DNA of 52,429 bases from a virus. Taxonomy: Duplodnaviria > Caudoviricetes. Numbering within the stretch: the stretch's first letter is position 1; each line of letters opens with the position of its first letter. The stretch spans positions 1 to 52,429 of IMG/VR virus record IMGVR_UViG_3300037153_000540. The stretch is one strand, 5' to 3'. Below the pieces are notes generated by a model. It searched no databases. It saw nothing but the letters and a program-made list of their open reading frames with translations, and was not told where the DNA came from. The translations under genes and the position numbers were made by a program. Positions 17,811-26,846 of this stretch are shown here, piece after piece.

Positions 17811-17888
17811 AGGGGTTTGTCTACACAGCGTTACGGCCGCGCGTAAGGCCGGTATGCCGACGGGCTCACGGGCAAGGAGATCTCCACG

Positions 17889-18338
17889 ATGGCTGGTCAC
17901 GGACCCGCGCCGAAGGACCCGGCGAAGCGTCGCCGGCGGAACGCCGAGCCGAAGCCGCTCGACACGCTGGCCAGCGACGGCCGGACACGGGGCCCAGCTC
18001 TGCCGGAGGGCGTGCTGCCCGACGGCGAGGAGTGGCACGAGCGCACCCGAGCATGGTGGGCAACGTGGCGGAAGTCGGCGCAGGCGCAGGCGTTCACGCC
18101 GACGGACTGGGATTTCCTGCTCGACACGGCGCTGATGCATCACACGATGTGGTCGAAGCAGCGGTGGGAGTTCGCGGCGGAGCTCCGGCTCAGGGCCGGG
18201 AAGTTCGGTGCGACGCCGGAGGATCGGCTCAGGCTCCGCATGCAGATCGATCCGCAGCCGAAGGCGCCGGCGCGCCGGGCCGAGGGCGATGGCTCGGTCA
18301 CGGATATCTCGTCGCGGCGTTCTCGCCTCGCGGAGTAG
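17889..18338 (+). CDS. Terminase small subunit
   Basis: MAGHGPAPK..RRRRN..WWATWRKS..DWDFLLDTA..AAELRLR..FGATPEDR. Confidence 0.88.
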   Translation: MAGHGPAPKDPAKRRRRNAEPKPLDTLASDGRTRGPALPEGVLPDGEEWHERTRAWWATWRKSAQAQAFTPTDWDFLLDTALMHHTMWSKQRWEFAAELRLRAGKFGATPEDRLRLRMQIDPQPKAPARRAEGDGSVTDISSRRSRLAE

Positions 18339-18341
18339 CGC

Positions 18342-20021
18342 GTGCCGCGCACTCTGGTGCGGGCGCCGGCGCACGATCGGCACCGGTCGCTCGGATGGCT
18401 GGGTGTGGCGTGGATGGAGTTCTTCTGCCGTCACGGTCCCGGCGACGTGCAGGGCGACGAGGTACACCACGGCGACGAGGTCACGGGCTTCATCGTCGAC
18501 TGCTACGCCCTCGATGAGCACGGGCGGCTGCTTTACGATTCGGCGTTCCTGTCCCGGCCGAAGGGCTGTGACAAGTCGGGGCTCGCCAGCCGGTTCGTGC
18601 TGTTCGAGGCGCTCGGGCCGTGCCGGTTCGCAGGGTTCGCCAAGGGCGGCGAGGTCTACGAGGACCCGTGGGGTCTCGGTTTCCGGTACGTGTACGAGCC
18701 GGGCGAGCCGATGGGCCGGCACGTCACCGTCCCGTACATCCGCTGCATGGCCACCGAGGAGGGCCAGACCGGGAACGTCTACGACGCGGTCTACCTGAAC
18801 CTCACCGACGAGGACTTCCCGCTTTCGGCGATCCTCGGCCTGGACGCGGGCCTGACGCGGATCAACCTGCCGGGCGGCGGGGAGATCAACCCGTCGACGG
18901 CGAGCTCGGCGGCGAAGGACGGCGGCAAGGAGACGTTCGTCGTATTCGATGAGACGCACCTGTACAACCAGCCTGAGCTGCGGCGGATGTACAACACGGT
19001 CACTCGGAACCTGCGGAAGCGCAAGAAGATCGCGGGCACCTGGTTCCTGGAGACGACGACGATGTTCGCGGCCGGGGAGGACTCGGTCGCGGAGAAGACG
19101 TACAAGTTGGCCGAGCAGATCGAGGAAGGCAAGACCCGCCGGTCGCGTCTGCTGTACGACCACCGGTGGGGTGAGTGCGAGGACCTGTCCGCCGAAGAGC
19201 AGCTGCGCGCCGCGATCCTCGAGGCCTTCGGTGAGGCGATCGAGTGGAACGACATCGACGGGATCGTTGATGAGTTCTACGACACGCGTAAGGACCCGGC
19301 CGACAGCCGCAGGTACTTCCTGAACGCGGCTGGCTCCGCGGTCGACGCGTGGCTCGCGCAGTACGAGTGGGCGGGCCGCGCCGACGTGACGAAGGTCGTC
19401 GCGGACGGCGACATGGTCACGCTCGGGTTCGATGGTTCCCGGAAGCGTTCGGACGGTGTGACGGACGCGACGGCGCTGATCGGCTGCCGGGTGTCCGACG
19501 GGCACCTGTTTGAGCTCGGTGTCTGGGAGCAGCCGAAGGGCCCGGCCGGGCTCAACTGGCAGGTTCCCGTGGTTGAGGTGCTCGCCGCGGTCGACAACGC
19601 CTTCGAGCGGTTCAACGTCGTGGGGATGTATGCGGACCCGGCGAAGTGGGAGTCGCACGTCATCGGCTGGGAGGCCAAGTACGGCGGCCGGCTGAAGGTG
19701 AAGGCGACGCGGGATCATCCGATCCAGTGGTGGATGACGGGCGGCCGCGCGACGCTGATCGTCCGAGCGACGCTGGCGCTGCACACGGCGATCGTTGAGG
19801 GTGAGATGACCCATGACGGGTCGTACGCGCTGACCCGGCACATGCTGAACGCCCGGCGCAGGGTGAGCCGCATGGGCATCCAGATCGCGAAGGATCACCC
19901 CGACTCGGCGAACAAGATCGACGCCGCGGTGGCGTCGGTTCTGGCGTGGGAGGCCCGCGCGGACGCGATCGCGAAGGGCGTGCTCGCGGAGGACGCCGAG
20001 ATGTTCGGTGGGACGTTCTGA
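18342..20021 (+). CDS. Terminase large subunit
   Basis: SRPKGCDKS Walker-A-like, FVVFDETH Walker B, LGFDGS nuclease, KIDAAVA. Confidence 0.95.
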   Translation: MPRTLVRAPAHDRHRSLGWLGVAWMEFFCRHGPGDVQGDEVHHGDEVTGFIVDCYALDEHGRLLYDSAFLSRPKGCDKSGLASRFVLFEALGPCRFAGFAKGGEVYEDPWGLGFRYVYEPGEPMGRHVTVPYIRCMATEEGQTGNVYDAVYLNLTDEDFPLSAILGLDAGLTRINLPGGGEINPSTASSAAKDGGKETFVVFDETHLYNQPELRRMYNTVTRNLRKRKKIAGTWFLETTTMFAAGEDSVAEKTYKLAEQIEEGKTRRSRLLYDHRWGECEDLSAEEQLRAAILEAFGEAIEWNDIDGIVDEFYDTRKDPADSRRYFLNAAGSAVDAWLAQYEWAGRADVTKVVADGDMVTLGFDGSRKRSDGVTDATALIGCRVSDGHLFELGVWEQPKGPAGLNWQVPVVEVLAAVDNAFERFNVVGMYADPAKWESHVIGWEAKYGGRLKVKATRDHPIQWWMTGGRATLIVRATLALHTAIVEGEMTHDGSYALTRHMLNARRRVSRMGIQIAKDHPDSANKIDAAVASVLAWEARADAIAKGVLAEDAEMFGGTF

Positions 20022-20036
20022 CGATGGGAGGGCGCT

Positions 20037-21479
20037 GTGCTCGATGACGCCGACGTGGCGCTCTCTCCTGGCTGGTGGCTTCTGCGGCTCGGCCGGAAGC
20101 TCCGCGACCGGCGTGAGCGGCTCGACCTGTGGTGGGACTACTTCACTGGCGATCACCCTCTGCCGAAGGGCCCGAAGCGGGCGACGGATGCGTACCGCGA
20201 CTTCCAGAAGAAGAGCAGGACGAACTTCTGCGAGACGGTCGCGACCGCCAGTGTGAACCGCCTGAAGGCGATCGGCATCGCCGACGAGCACGGCGACAGC
20301 GACGACGAGGCGTGGAAGTGGTGGCAGCTGAACAAGCTGGATGCCAAGCAGAAGCAGGTGTACCGCGTCGCCACGAGCCAGTCGATCGGGTATGTCATCG
20401 CCGGTCCGCACCCGCGGAACGAAAAGATCCCGCTCGTCACGGCCGAGCATCCGCGCGAGGTCATCGTCGAGGAGGACCCGGCCACCGGTGAGCGTCTCGC
20501 CGGCGTTAAGGCCTGGTACGACGACATCGCCAGGGTCGGCCGCGTGAACGTCTACCTTCCGGACAGGGTCGTGCGGTACGCCACGGACCGGCGCGGGCCG
20601 GGCCGGCTGCCGTGGGGCCGTGAGAACTGGACGCTCCTCGGGGAGACACAGCACCAGCTCGGCGCGGTGCCGGTGGTGCCCTTCCCGTGCCGACCGGATC
20701 TGGGCGAAGAGCCCGTCGCCGAGTTCCACGGCGTGCTCGACGTGCAGGACCGCGTGAACTTCGGCGTGCTGAACAGGATGACGGCGGGCCGCTACGGCGC
20801 GTTCAGGCAGGGCTTCGTCACCGGCCACAAGTTCCGGCGCGTGCAGGACCCGGAAACCGGCCTGGAGGTCATCGAGAACCCGTTCGTGCCCGATCCCGGC
20901 TCCCTGTGGGCGTCCGAGGGGAAGGACACAAGCTTCGGCTGGTCGCCGCAGACCGATCTGATGGGCTACCTGCGCGAGCACGAGACCGACATCCGCACGC
21001 TGCTGATCATGTCCAAGACACCCGCGTACTACTACGCCGGCGACTTGATCAACGTGGCGGTGGACATGATCGCCGCGCTCGACGCGATGCACATCGCGAA
21101 GGTCGAGGAGCATCAGGATGTCTTCGGTGAGGCGTGGGAAGAGGTCTTCGCGCTCTGCGCCCGGGTGGCCGGGGTCGACCGGGACTTCACCGCCTCGGAG
21201 ATGCGGTGGGCGGACCCGCGGCAGCTCAACCCGGCGGTCCTGGCCGACGCGGCCACGAAGAAGAAGTCGATCGGTTACCCGCTCGCGGTGCTGGCCGAGG
21301 ATCTCGGTGAGTCGCCGCAGCGCGTCAACCGGATCACCTCGGAGGCGGCCGCTGACGCGCTGCTGGCCGCGGCCACCGCGCCGGCCGTTCCGCCGCCGGG
21401 CCAGCCAGTACCGACGCCGCCGGTCACCGCGCCGACCAACCAGGGCCCCGTACGGGCCCCCGCGGCCGCTCGGGCATAG
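20037..21479 (+). CDS. Portal protein (SPP1 gp6-like)
   Basis: Position, 480 aa, SRTNFC, HQLGAVPVVPF, AWEEV..WADP. Confidence 0.9.
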   Translation: MLDDADVALSPGWWLLRLGRKLRDRRERLDLWWDYFTGDHPLPKGPKRATDAYRDFQKKSRTNFCETVATASVNRLKAIGIADEHGDSDDEAWKWWQLNKLDAKQKQVYRVATSQSIGYVIAGPHPRNEKIPLVTAEHPREVIVEEDPATGERLAGVKAWYDDIARVGRVNVYLPDRVVRYATDRRGPGRLPWGRENWTLLGETQHQLGAVPVVPFPCRPDLGEEPVAEFHGVLDVQDRVNFGVLNRMTAGRYGAFRQGFVTGHKFRRVQDPETGLEVIENPFVPDPGSLWASEGKDTSFGWSPQTDLMGYLREHETDIRTLLIMSKTPAYYYAGDLINVAVDMIAALDAMHIAKVEEHQDVFGEAWEEVFALCARVAGVDRDFTASEMRWADPRQLNPAVLADAATKKKSIGYPLAVLAEDLGESPQRVNRITSEAAADALLAAATAPAVPPPGQPVPTPPVTAPTNQGPVRAPAAARA

Positions 21480-21482
21480 CCG

Positions 21483-23246
21483 ATGAGCCTCGACGAACAG
21501 GCGGCGCTGATCGTGGCGTTCAACACCGCCGAGAAGCGGGTCCGTGCGCATCTGGTCGCGTACGTGCTGGGCTTGTTCGGTGGCCTCGGCTCGTGGCGGG
21601 ACCGCGACAAGGCACGGTTCGCCGCCCAGGTGACGCCGGTCGTGGCCGGTGCACAGCGTCAGGTCGCTTCGCTGATGGACGCGTACCTGGCGCGGCTGCT
21701 GTCGGACATGCGCGGCCGCCCTGCCCGCCCGGCCGGGGCCATCCCGGACGTGAGCCGGCTGCGTGGCGTCGACCCGGCCATCGTGTATGGCCGGCCGTTC
21801 GACACCGTGTGGGCTGAGCTCGCTGAAGGCCGTGACTTCGAGCAGGCGCTGGCGGCCGGGCGGCTGCGGGCCGAGCAGATCACCAAGACGGATCTGCAGC
21901 TCGCGGAGACGCACACGGCACGCGCGCTGCTCGAGGACGACCGCGACGTGGTCGGGTACCGGCGTGTGCTGACCGGCACGACATCGTGTGGGCTGTGTGT
22001 GGTTGCCTCGACGCAGCGGTACCACCGCGGTGAGCTGCTGCCGATCCACCCAGGCTGCGTACCCGAAGGGACGCCGGTCGCCGCGCGCGATGTCCTAGCC
22101 GTCACGCGCCGGAAGTATGCCGGAGAACTCTCCGTCATCCGTACGACCTCGGGCGATGAGGTAACCGTCACCGCGAACCACCCGGTACTCACCGACCAGG
22201 GATGGATCCCTGGTCACGTCGTTCGCGAAGGCGATTACGTAGTCCGCAGCGCGGGCGGTCATCGGATGGTTGGTCGTGGCCCACAGGAAAGCGATCGCCC
22301 AGTTTTGGCCGAGGATGTATGGCGTTCGGCGAGTGTGGCGGGGCTTGTTCAGGTGCCACTCGCCGCCGAGGATTTCCACGGCGACGGAGCCGATGGCGAA
22401 GTCGAGATTGTACGGACCGACCGCCACCTCGCGCCGGTAGGGGATGTCTCGTTCGGTCAGCCACTCGGCGAATCGCTGCTCGTGGACGGACATGGCCGGG
22501 GGCGCCTTCTCTCGCCCGGCGGCTACGCGGCACCGTTCATCCCAGGTGGCCTTACGGCCTCGCGAAGCATCATGGGCAGCGCGGGCCTGAGCGGCGCGCT
22601 CCTCGGAGGTCATCTGTCCAGCGCGCACGAGGCCCGCTTGGGAGCGGTCGCGACGGGGAACCTTGCGGTCCTGGAGAAGGCGGGAGATGGCGTCTCGCTG
22701 GACTCCGTACTTCTCGGCCAGCGCGAGTTCGGACAGGCCGTCGAGGTAGCCCTGAACGACCTCATCGGCAGGCAGCTCGCGCCACGTCCCACGTCGGCGC
22801 GTTTCGATCCCCCGGCGGCGGAGTTCACGGGCGAGGGTCGTCGCGCCTACGCCGTGCTTGGTCGCCGCTTGCTTGATCGACTGGCAGGACAGGTAGAGCT
22901 GGACCGCGTTGTCGAGGTTCGCCGGGTCGACTACTCGGGGCATGTCTACAACCTCCATACGGCCGAGGGATGGTATTCGGCCAACAGTCACATCATATCT
23001 AACTGTGACTGCGGTATCGCGCCGATCCTCGGCGACACCGACCCAGGCCACGTCATCAACGCCCCGTTGCTGGAGGACGTGCACGACCGCATCCAAGAGC
23101 GGTTCGGTGTCTCGGACCGCAGCGGGCGCAAGCCGATCGACTACCGGGATCTGCTCGTTACGCATCAGCACGGCGAGATCGGGCCAGTGATCGCCGTGAG
23201 GGGGCAAAGCTGGACCGGCCCGGCAGACGTCAGCCGTAACGCTTGA
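21483..23246 (+). CDS. MuF-like minor head/capsid maturation protein containing an intein
   Basis: GYRRVLTG..SCGLCVVASTQRYH..LLPIHPG|intein|CDCGIAPI; follows portal. Confidence 0.88.
   Translation: MSLDEQAALIVAFNTAEKRVRAHLVAYVLGLFGGLGSWRDRDKARFAAQVTPVVAGAQRQVASLMDAYLARLLSDMRGRPARPAGAIPDVSRLRGVDPAIVYGRPFDTVWAELAEGRDFEQALAAGRLRAEQITKTDLQLAETHTARALLEDDRDVVGYRRVLTGTTSCGLCVVASTQRYHRGELLPIHPGCVPEGTPVAARDVLAVTRRKYAGELSVIRTTSGDEVTVTANHPVLTDQGWIPGHVVREGDYVVRSAGGHRMVGRGPQESDRPVLAEDVWRSASVAGLVQVPLAAEDFHGDGADGEVEIVRTDRHLAPVGDVSFGQPLGESLLVDGHGRGRLLSPGGYAAPFIPGGLTASRSIMGSAGLSGALLGGHLSSAHEARLGAVATGNLAVLEKAGDGVSLDSVLLGQREFGQAVEVALNDLIGRQLAPRPTSARFDPPAAEFTGEGRRAYAVLGRRLLDRLAGQVELDRVVEVRRVDYSGHVYNLHTAEGWYSANSHIISNCDCGIAPILGDTDPGHVINAPLLEDVHDRIQERFGVSDRSGRKPIDYRDLLVTHQHGEIGPVIAVRGQSWTGPADVSRNA
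22056..23003 (+). mobile_element. Intein (316 aa) in the HPG/CDC motif
   Basis: Cys1 CVPEGTPV, block B VTANHPVLT, block F VYNLHT, terminal SN, +1 Cys; removal restores IHPGCDC. Confidence 0.9.
22095..22943 (-). CDS. HTH + DUF559/Vsr-like endonuclease nested antisense inside the intein
   Basis: Two HTH-like repeats (SIKQAATKHGVGATTLAREL; SELALAEKYGVQRDAISRLL); SVHEQRFAEWL..REVAVGPYNLDFAI..VAVEILGGEWH; GGAGG 8 nt before ATG. Confidence 0.8.
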   Translation of the reverse strand: MPRVVDPANLDNAVQLYLSCQSIKQAATKHGVGATTLARELRRRGIETRRRGTWRELPADEVVQGYLDGLSELALAEKYGVQRDAISRLLQDRKVPRRDRSQAGLVRAGQMTSEERAAQARAAHDASRGRKATWDERCRVAAGREKAPPAMSVHEQRFAEWLTERDIPYRREVAVGPYNLDFAIGSVAVEILGGEWHLNKPRHTRRTPYILGQNWAIAFLWATTNHPMTARAADYVIAFANDVTRDPSLVGEYRVVRGDGYLIARGRTDDGEFSGILPARDG

Positions 23247-23874
23247 GGATCTCCTTCGCCCAGGCAACGAGATCGGGTACTCGCTGGCCACTCGGCTGAG
23301 ACGTGATCCATAGTTCGAGGTTTTCGGGTCGGTTGTCGTCCCGGACCCCATTGATGTGGTGGACGTTCTCGCCTGGCAGCAATGGTCGGCCGAGAATCTG
23401 CTCCATGACGAGTCGATGCTCGAAGACGTAGCCGCCTCGGTATGCAGCGATGTGGTCTGAGACGCGGAGCAGGATGTAGCCCTTGCGATCCATGATCCGC
23501 CCGTCGCGCAAAGGTGCCTCGAATGGGACGCCGCGACGTTGCCGATCGTAGTGAAAAGCGCAGAACCCCTTCGCGTAGAACTTGCGTTCGCAGTCGGCGA
23601 CCGAGCACAGACCGGTGGTCGAGTAGAGGCGAGCGGGCGGTGGCTCAAGGGGACGCCCCATCCGAACGCGTTCCTTATGCATCTTGCACATCCCGCGTTC
23701 GTAAGTGGCCGAGTCGCGCTGACACCCGTCCACCACGCACCCCGGCTTCGGCATCTTGCGCGGCAGTAGCGCAACGTTGACGGGTTTACCGGCGCGCTGC
23801 CGCTGGTAGTGGCCGGGACAAAGCCCGCGAGCGCGGGCTGGGCGGTCGCAAGGCTCTGCGATACACGTACTCAT
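23230..23874 (-). CDS. HNH homing endonuclease, antisense to the head operon
   Basis: Three C..C..RGLC..HY-type repeats; YVFEHRLVME..GENVHHINGVRDDNRPENLELW. Confidence 0.93.
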   Translation of the reverse strand: MSTCIAEPCDRPARARGLCPGHYQRQRAGKPVNVALLPRKMPKPGCVVDGCQRDSATYERGMCKMHKERVRMGRPLEPPPARLYSTTGLCSVADCERKFYAKGFCAFHYDRQRRGVPFEAPLRDGRIMDRKGYILLRVSDHIAAYRGGYVFEHRLVMEQILGRPLLPGENVHHINGVRDDNRPENLELWITSQPSGQRVPDLVAWAKEILKRYG

Positions 23875-24006
23875 GCGCAGAGTTTACGTCGTTCTCGCCG
23901 TGCGCGGCCATGAGTTCCGCGCACAACCTGACCTACCCGCCTCGGCGGGGAAGCGCTACGGCCGCGCTGAAGGCCGGTGCAACACCGACGGGTTCACGGA
24001 GAAAAC

Positions 24007-24723
24007 ATGTCTGCTCTCAACCTGCCCATTCATCCCTTCACGGGCCTGCGCGCGATCGGCGTGCTTCCGTCCGGCCGGATCGTATGGCCGGTGCTCGGCG
24101 GCAACGGTCAGGGCGATGGCGGTGGTTCTGGCGGCTCGGGCTCCGGCTCGGGCGGCGGGGCTGGCACGGGTCAGGGCGGCGCCGGCGACGGCGGTGGCCA
24201 GGGCGGGAGCGGCGGCAACAACGACGACGGTAAGTCGGACAGGACGTTCACGCAGGCCGACCTCGACCGGATCGTGGCCGAGCGGCTGACGCGCGAGCGG
24301 GGCAAGTACGGCGATTACGAGGCGCTCAAGACCAAGGCCGAGAAGCTCGACCAGCTCGAAGCCGAACGCGCGAGCGACGCGGAGAAGGCCGCCAAGAAGG
24401 CCGGCGACGACGCCGCGGCGGCGGTCCGCAGCGAGCTCGAACCGCAGATGCTGCGCCTGGAGGTCGCGCTGGCCAAGGGCCTGCCGGCCGAGCTCGGCGC
24501 GCGGGTGCTGTCGGCGGCCAAGCGGCTCGTCGGCGCGACGCGTGAGGAGCTGGAGGCGGACGCGGCCGAGTTCTTCAAGGCCGCGCCGATCAGTGTCGGC
24601 CAGCAGCATGGCGGCAACGGCAACGGCTTCGACCAGGGCTCCCGCGGAGGCGGCGGCACGGGCAAGCCGACGGTGGCCAGCGGCGCGGATCTGTACGCGC
24701 AGCGCCACAGCAAGAAGACCTGA
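24007..24723 (+). CDS. Head scaffolding protein
   Basis: Gly-rich N-terminus, FTQADLDRIVAERL..YGDYEALK, coiled coil. Confidence 0.85.
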   Translation: MSALNLPIHPFTGLRAIGVLPSGRIVWPVLGGNGQGDGGGSGGSGSGSGGGAGTGQGGAGDGGGQGGSGGNNDDGKSDRTFTQADLDRIVAERLTRERGKYGDYEALKTKAEKLDQLEAERASDAEKAAKKAGDDAAAAVRSELEPQMLRLEVALAKGLPAELGARVLSAAKRLVGATREELEADAAEFFKAAPISVGQQHGGNGNGFDQGSRGGGGTGKPTVASGADLYAQRHSKKT

Positions 24724-24740
24724 ACCCCAGAGAGGGAACG

Positions 24741-25457
24741 ATGGATCTCAGCATCAGGACTGAGACGTTCGGCCAGGAAGACCAGTCCTGGCTGGGATCT
24801 CAGCACGGCACTGACATGGCGCGGAGCATCACGCTCGACACCAGCGCCTTCACCGCGAACACGCACTACCCGAACGGCTACCTGCTGTCCGGCCTCCCGC
24901 TCGGCAAGATCACCTCTTCCGGCAAGTACGGGCCGTACGCGGGCAACGCCGCCGAGGTGCAGACCGTCACGATCACCGGCGGACCGACGGGCGGCACGTT
25001 CACCCTCACCTTCGACGGCGAGACCACGGGCGCCATCGCCTACAACGCCGCGGCCAGCGCGGTGCAGACCGCGCTGGAAGGGCTGTCGAACGTCAACACG
25101 GGAGACGTGACGTGCGCGGGTGGCGCGCTGCCCGGGGCGGGCGTGACGGTCACGTTCGCGGGCCGGTTCCTCGGCAAGAACGTCCCGCAGATGACAGCCG
25201 CGTCCGGGTCGCTGACCGGCGGCACCACGCCGACCGCGTCGGTTGCCACGACCACCGGCGGCGGTAGCGGCTCGTCCGACGGCACCGAGACCCTCGCCGG
25301 GTTCCTGCTCGGCGCGGTCCGCGTCAACACGCTCGACAACACCGTCGACCCGCAGGGAGCCCTGCTGATCCACGGCGTGGTCGTGGCGTCCAAGCTGCCC
25401 ATCGCTGTCGACGCGGCCGGGCAGGCCAACGTCGCCGGCCGGATCTACTTCGCCTGA
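24741..25457 (+). CDS. Head decoration protein with an inserted beta-rich module
   Basis: DQSWLGSQHGTD..SITLD..HYPNGYLLSG..GKYGPY; insert AEVQTVTITGGPTGGTFTLTF. Confidence 0.8.
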   Translation: MDLSIRTETFGQEDQSWLGSQHGTDMARSITLDTSAFTANTHYPNGYLLSGLPLGKITSSGKYGPYAGNAAEVQTVTITGGPTGGTFTLTFDGETTGAIAYNAAASAVQTALEGLSNVNTGDVTCAGGALPGAGVTVTFAGRFLGKNVPQMTAASGSLTGGTTPTASVATTTGGGSGSSDGTETLAGFLLGAVRVNTLDNTVDPQGALLIHGVVVASKLPIAVDAAGQANVAGRIYFA

Positions 25458-25472
25458 AGGGAGTGATCGATC

Positions 25473-26507
25473 ATGCTGCTGAACGCTGACTACATCCTCC
25501 CGCAGGAGCTCACGGGCTACGTGCGGGCCGCGCTGGCGGACCTGACGGTCAATCAGTTCGCGCTGGCTGCGTGGCTGCCGAACCGGAACATCGATGACCT
25601 GGAGTACCGGTTCACGCGCGGCGGTGACGGCCTGACCGAGGCCGCGACGTTCCGCGCGTACGACACCGAGAGCCCGATCGGCTCGCGGCCGGGCCTGACC
25701 CGGGTGACGGGTGAGCTGCCGCCGATCTCGCGGAAGATCCGGCTCGGCGAGTACGACCGTCTCCGGCAGCGTCGCGCCGACGCGGCGATCCGGAACGCGA
25801 TCCTGGACGACGCCACCCGCATGTCGCGGGCGGTCGCCGCGCGTCTGGAGCTGGCGCGCGGTGAGGCCCTCTACTCGGGCAAGCTCGTGCTGAACGAGAA
25901 CGGTGTGATCGCGACGGTCGACTTCGGCCGCACCAGCGGACACACCGTGACCGCAGGAACCGTTTGGTCGAACCCGGCCGCGGACATCCTCGGTGACCTG
26001 CTCACCTGGCGGGATACCTACAACACCACGAACGGCCAGGACCCCGGTGTCATTTTGACCTCACGCACCGTCATGGGCTACATGGTCCGTAACACCGCGA
26101 TGACCCAGCTGGTGGCGACGCTCGCCGGCACGCCGAGCATCGTGAGCGAGACTGCCCTGCAGTCCGTCCTGGACGCGCATGGCCTGCCGCCGATCCAGCG
26201 GTACGACGCGCAGGTGAAGGTGTCCGGCTCGGCGACCCGTGTCATCCCCGCCGACCGGTTGCTGCTGCTGCCGCCTCCGGGAGACGCGAACGACCCGGCG
26301 TCGACTCAGCTCGGTGCGACGCTCCTCGGTACCACCGCCGAGAGCATGGAGCCGGGGTACGGCATCGCCGACGAGGCGGAGCAGCCCGGCATCGTCGCGG
26401 GCGCGTACACCACGCAGGATCCGGTCGCGGTGTGGACCAAGGCCGCGGCGATCGGCCTGCCGGTCCTGGCCAACCCGGACCTGACGTTCTGCGCGGACGT
26501 CGCCTGA
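25473..26507 (+). CDS. Major capsid protein (phage cap E family)
   Basis: FRAYDTESPIG, LPPISRKIRLGEYDRL, ARLELARGEAL..GK. Confidence 0.92.
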   Translation: MLLNADYILPQELTGYVRAALADLTVNQFALAAWLPNRNIDDLEYRFTRGGDGLTEAATFRAYDTESPIGSRPGLTRVTGELPPISRKIRLGEYDRLRQRRADAAIRNAILDDATRMSRAVAARLELARGEALYSGKLVLNENGVIATVDFGRTSGHTVTAGTVWSNPAADILGDLLTWRDTYNTTNGQDPGVILTSRTVMGYMVRNTAMTQLVATLAGTPSIVSETALQSVLDAHGLPPIQRYDAQVKVSGSATRVIPADRLLLLPPPGDANDPASTQLGATLLGTTAESMEPGYGIADEAEQPGIVAGAYTTQDPVAVWTKAAAIGLPVLANPDLTFCADVA

Positions 26508-26839
26508 TGGCCGGCGGCATTCTGCGCACCCACGTGCACGTCATCGACGATCAGGGGCGGCCGCACGTGTTCGCCCCTGGTGTCGAGGTGCCCGACTGGG
26601 CCGCCGAGAAGATCACGAACCCGAAGGCGTGGGCCGAGGCTCCCAAGACCGGGGCAGAACCGGGCGGTAACGGCGGCGGCCGGAGCGGCGGCGAGCCGCC
26701 GCGATCGGGCCGTGGCTCCAGCAGAGAAGCCTGGGCGGCGTATTCCGCTCAGCGCGGCGTCGAGGCACCGGACAGCGCGACCCGCGAGGAAATCATCGCC
26801 GAGCTCGAGGAGCGCGGCATCATCGAGCCGGCGGAGTGA
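26507..26839 (+). CDS. Head-associated hypothetical protein
   Basis: VPDWAAEKITNPKAW..PPRSGRGS..AWAAY; follows MCP. Confidence 0.75.
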   Translation: MAGGILRTHVHVIDDQGRPHVFAPGVEVPDWAAEKITNPKAWAEAPKTGAEPGGNGGGRSGGEPPRSGRGSSREAWAAYSAQRGVEAPDSATREEIIAELEERGIIEPAE

Positions 26840-26846
26840 GGCACGG

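Noticed and set aside
17238-22049. 1603-aa minus-strand ORF
   Set aside because: Shadow frame of the GC3-biased terminase and portal genes; Arg/Val/Gly-rich with no motifs or RBS, unlike the intein-nested antisense ORF
22944-23774. Long N-terminal extension of the intein-nested antisense ORF in the ORF track (559 aa)
   Set aside because: Overlaps the HNH out of frame and shadows MuF; the SD-supported start is at 22943
24110-24220. GGC-rich repeat tract as a possible guide-RNA or repeat array
   Set aside because: Period is 3 or 6 and it encodes the Gly-rich linker of the scaffold protein; no 5-nt periodicity or spacers
24315-25943. 542-aa minus-strand ORF (similar case at 34543-36681)
   Set aside because: Antisense shadows of structural genes with no recognisable domains
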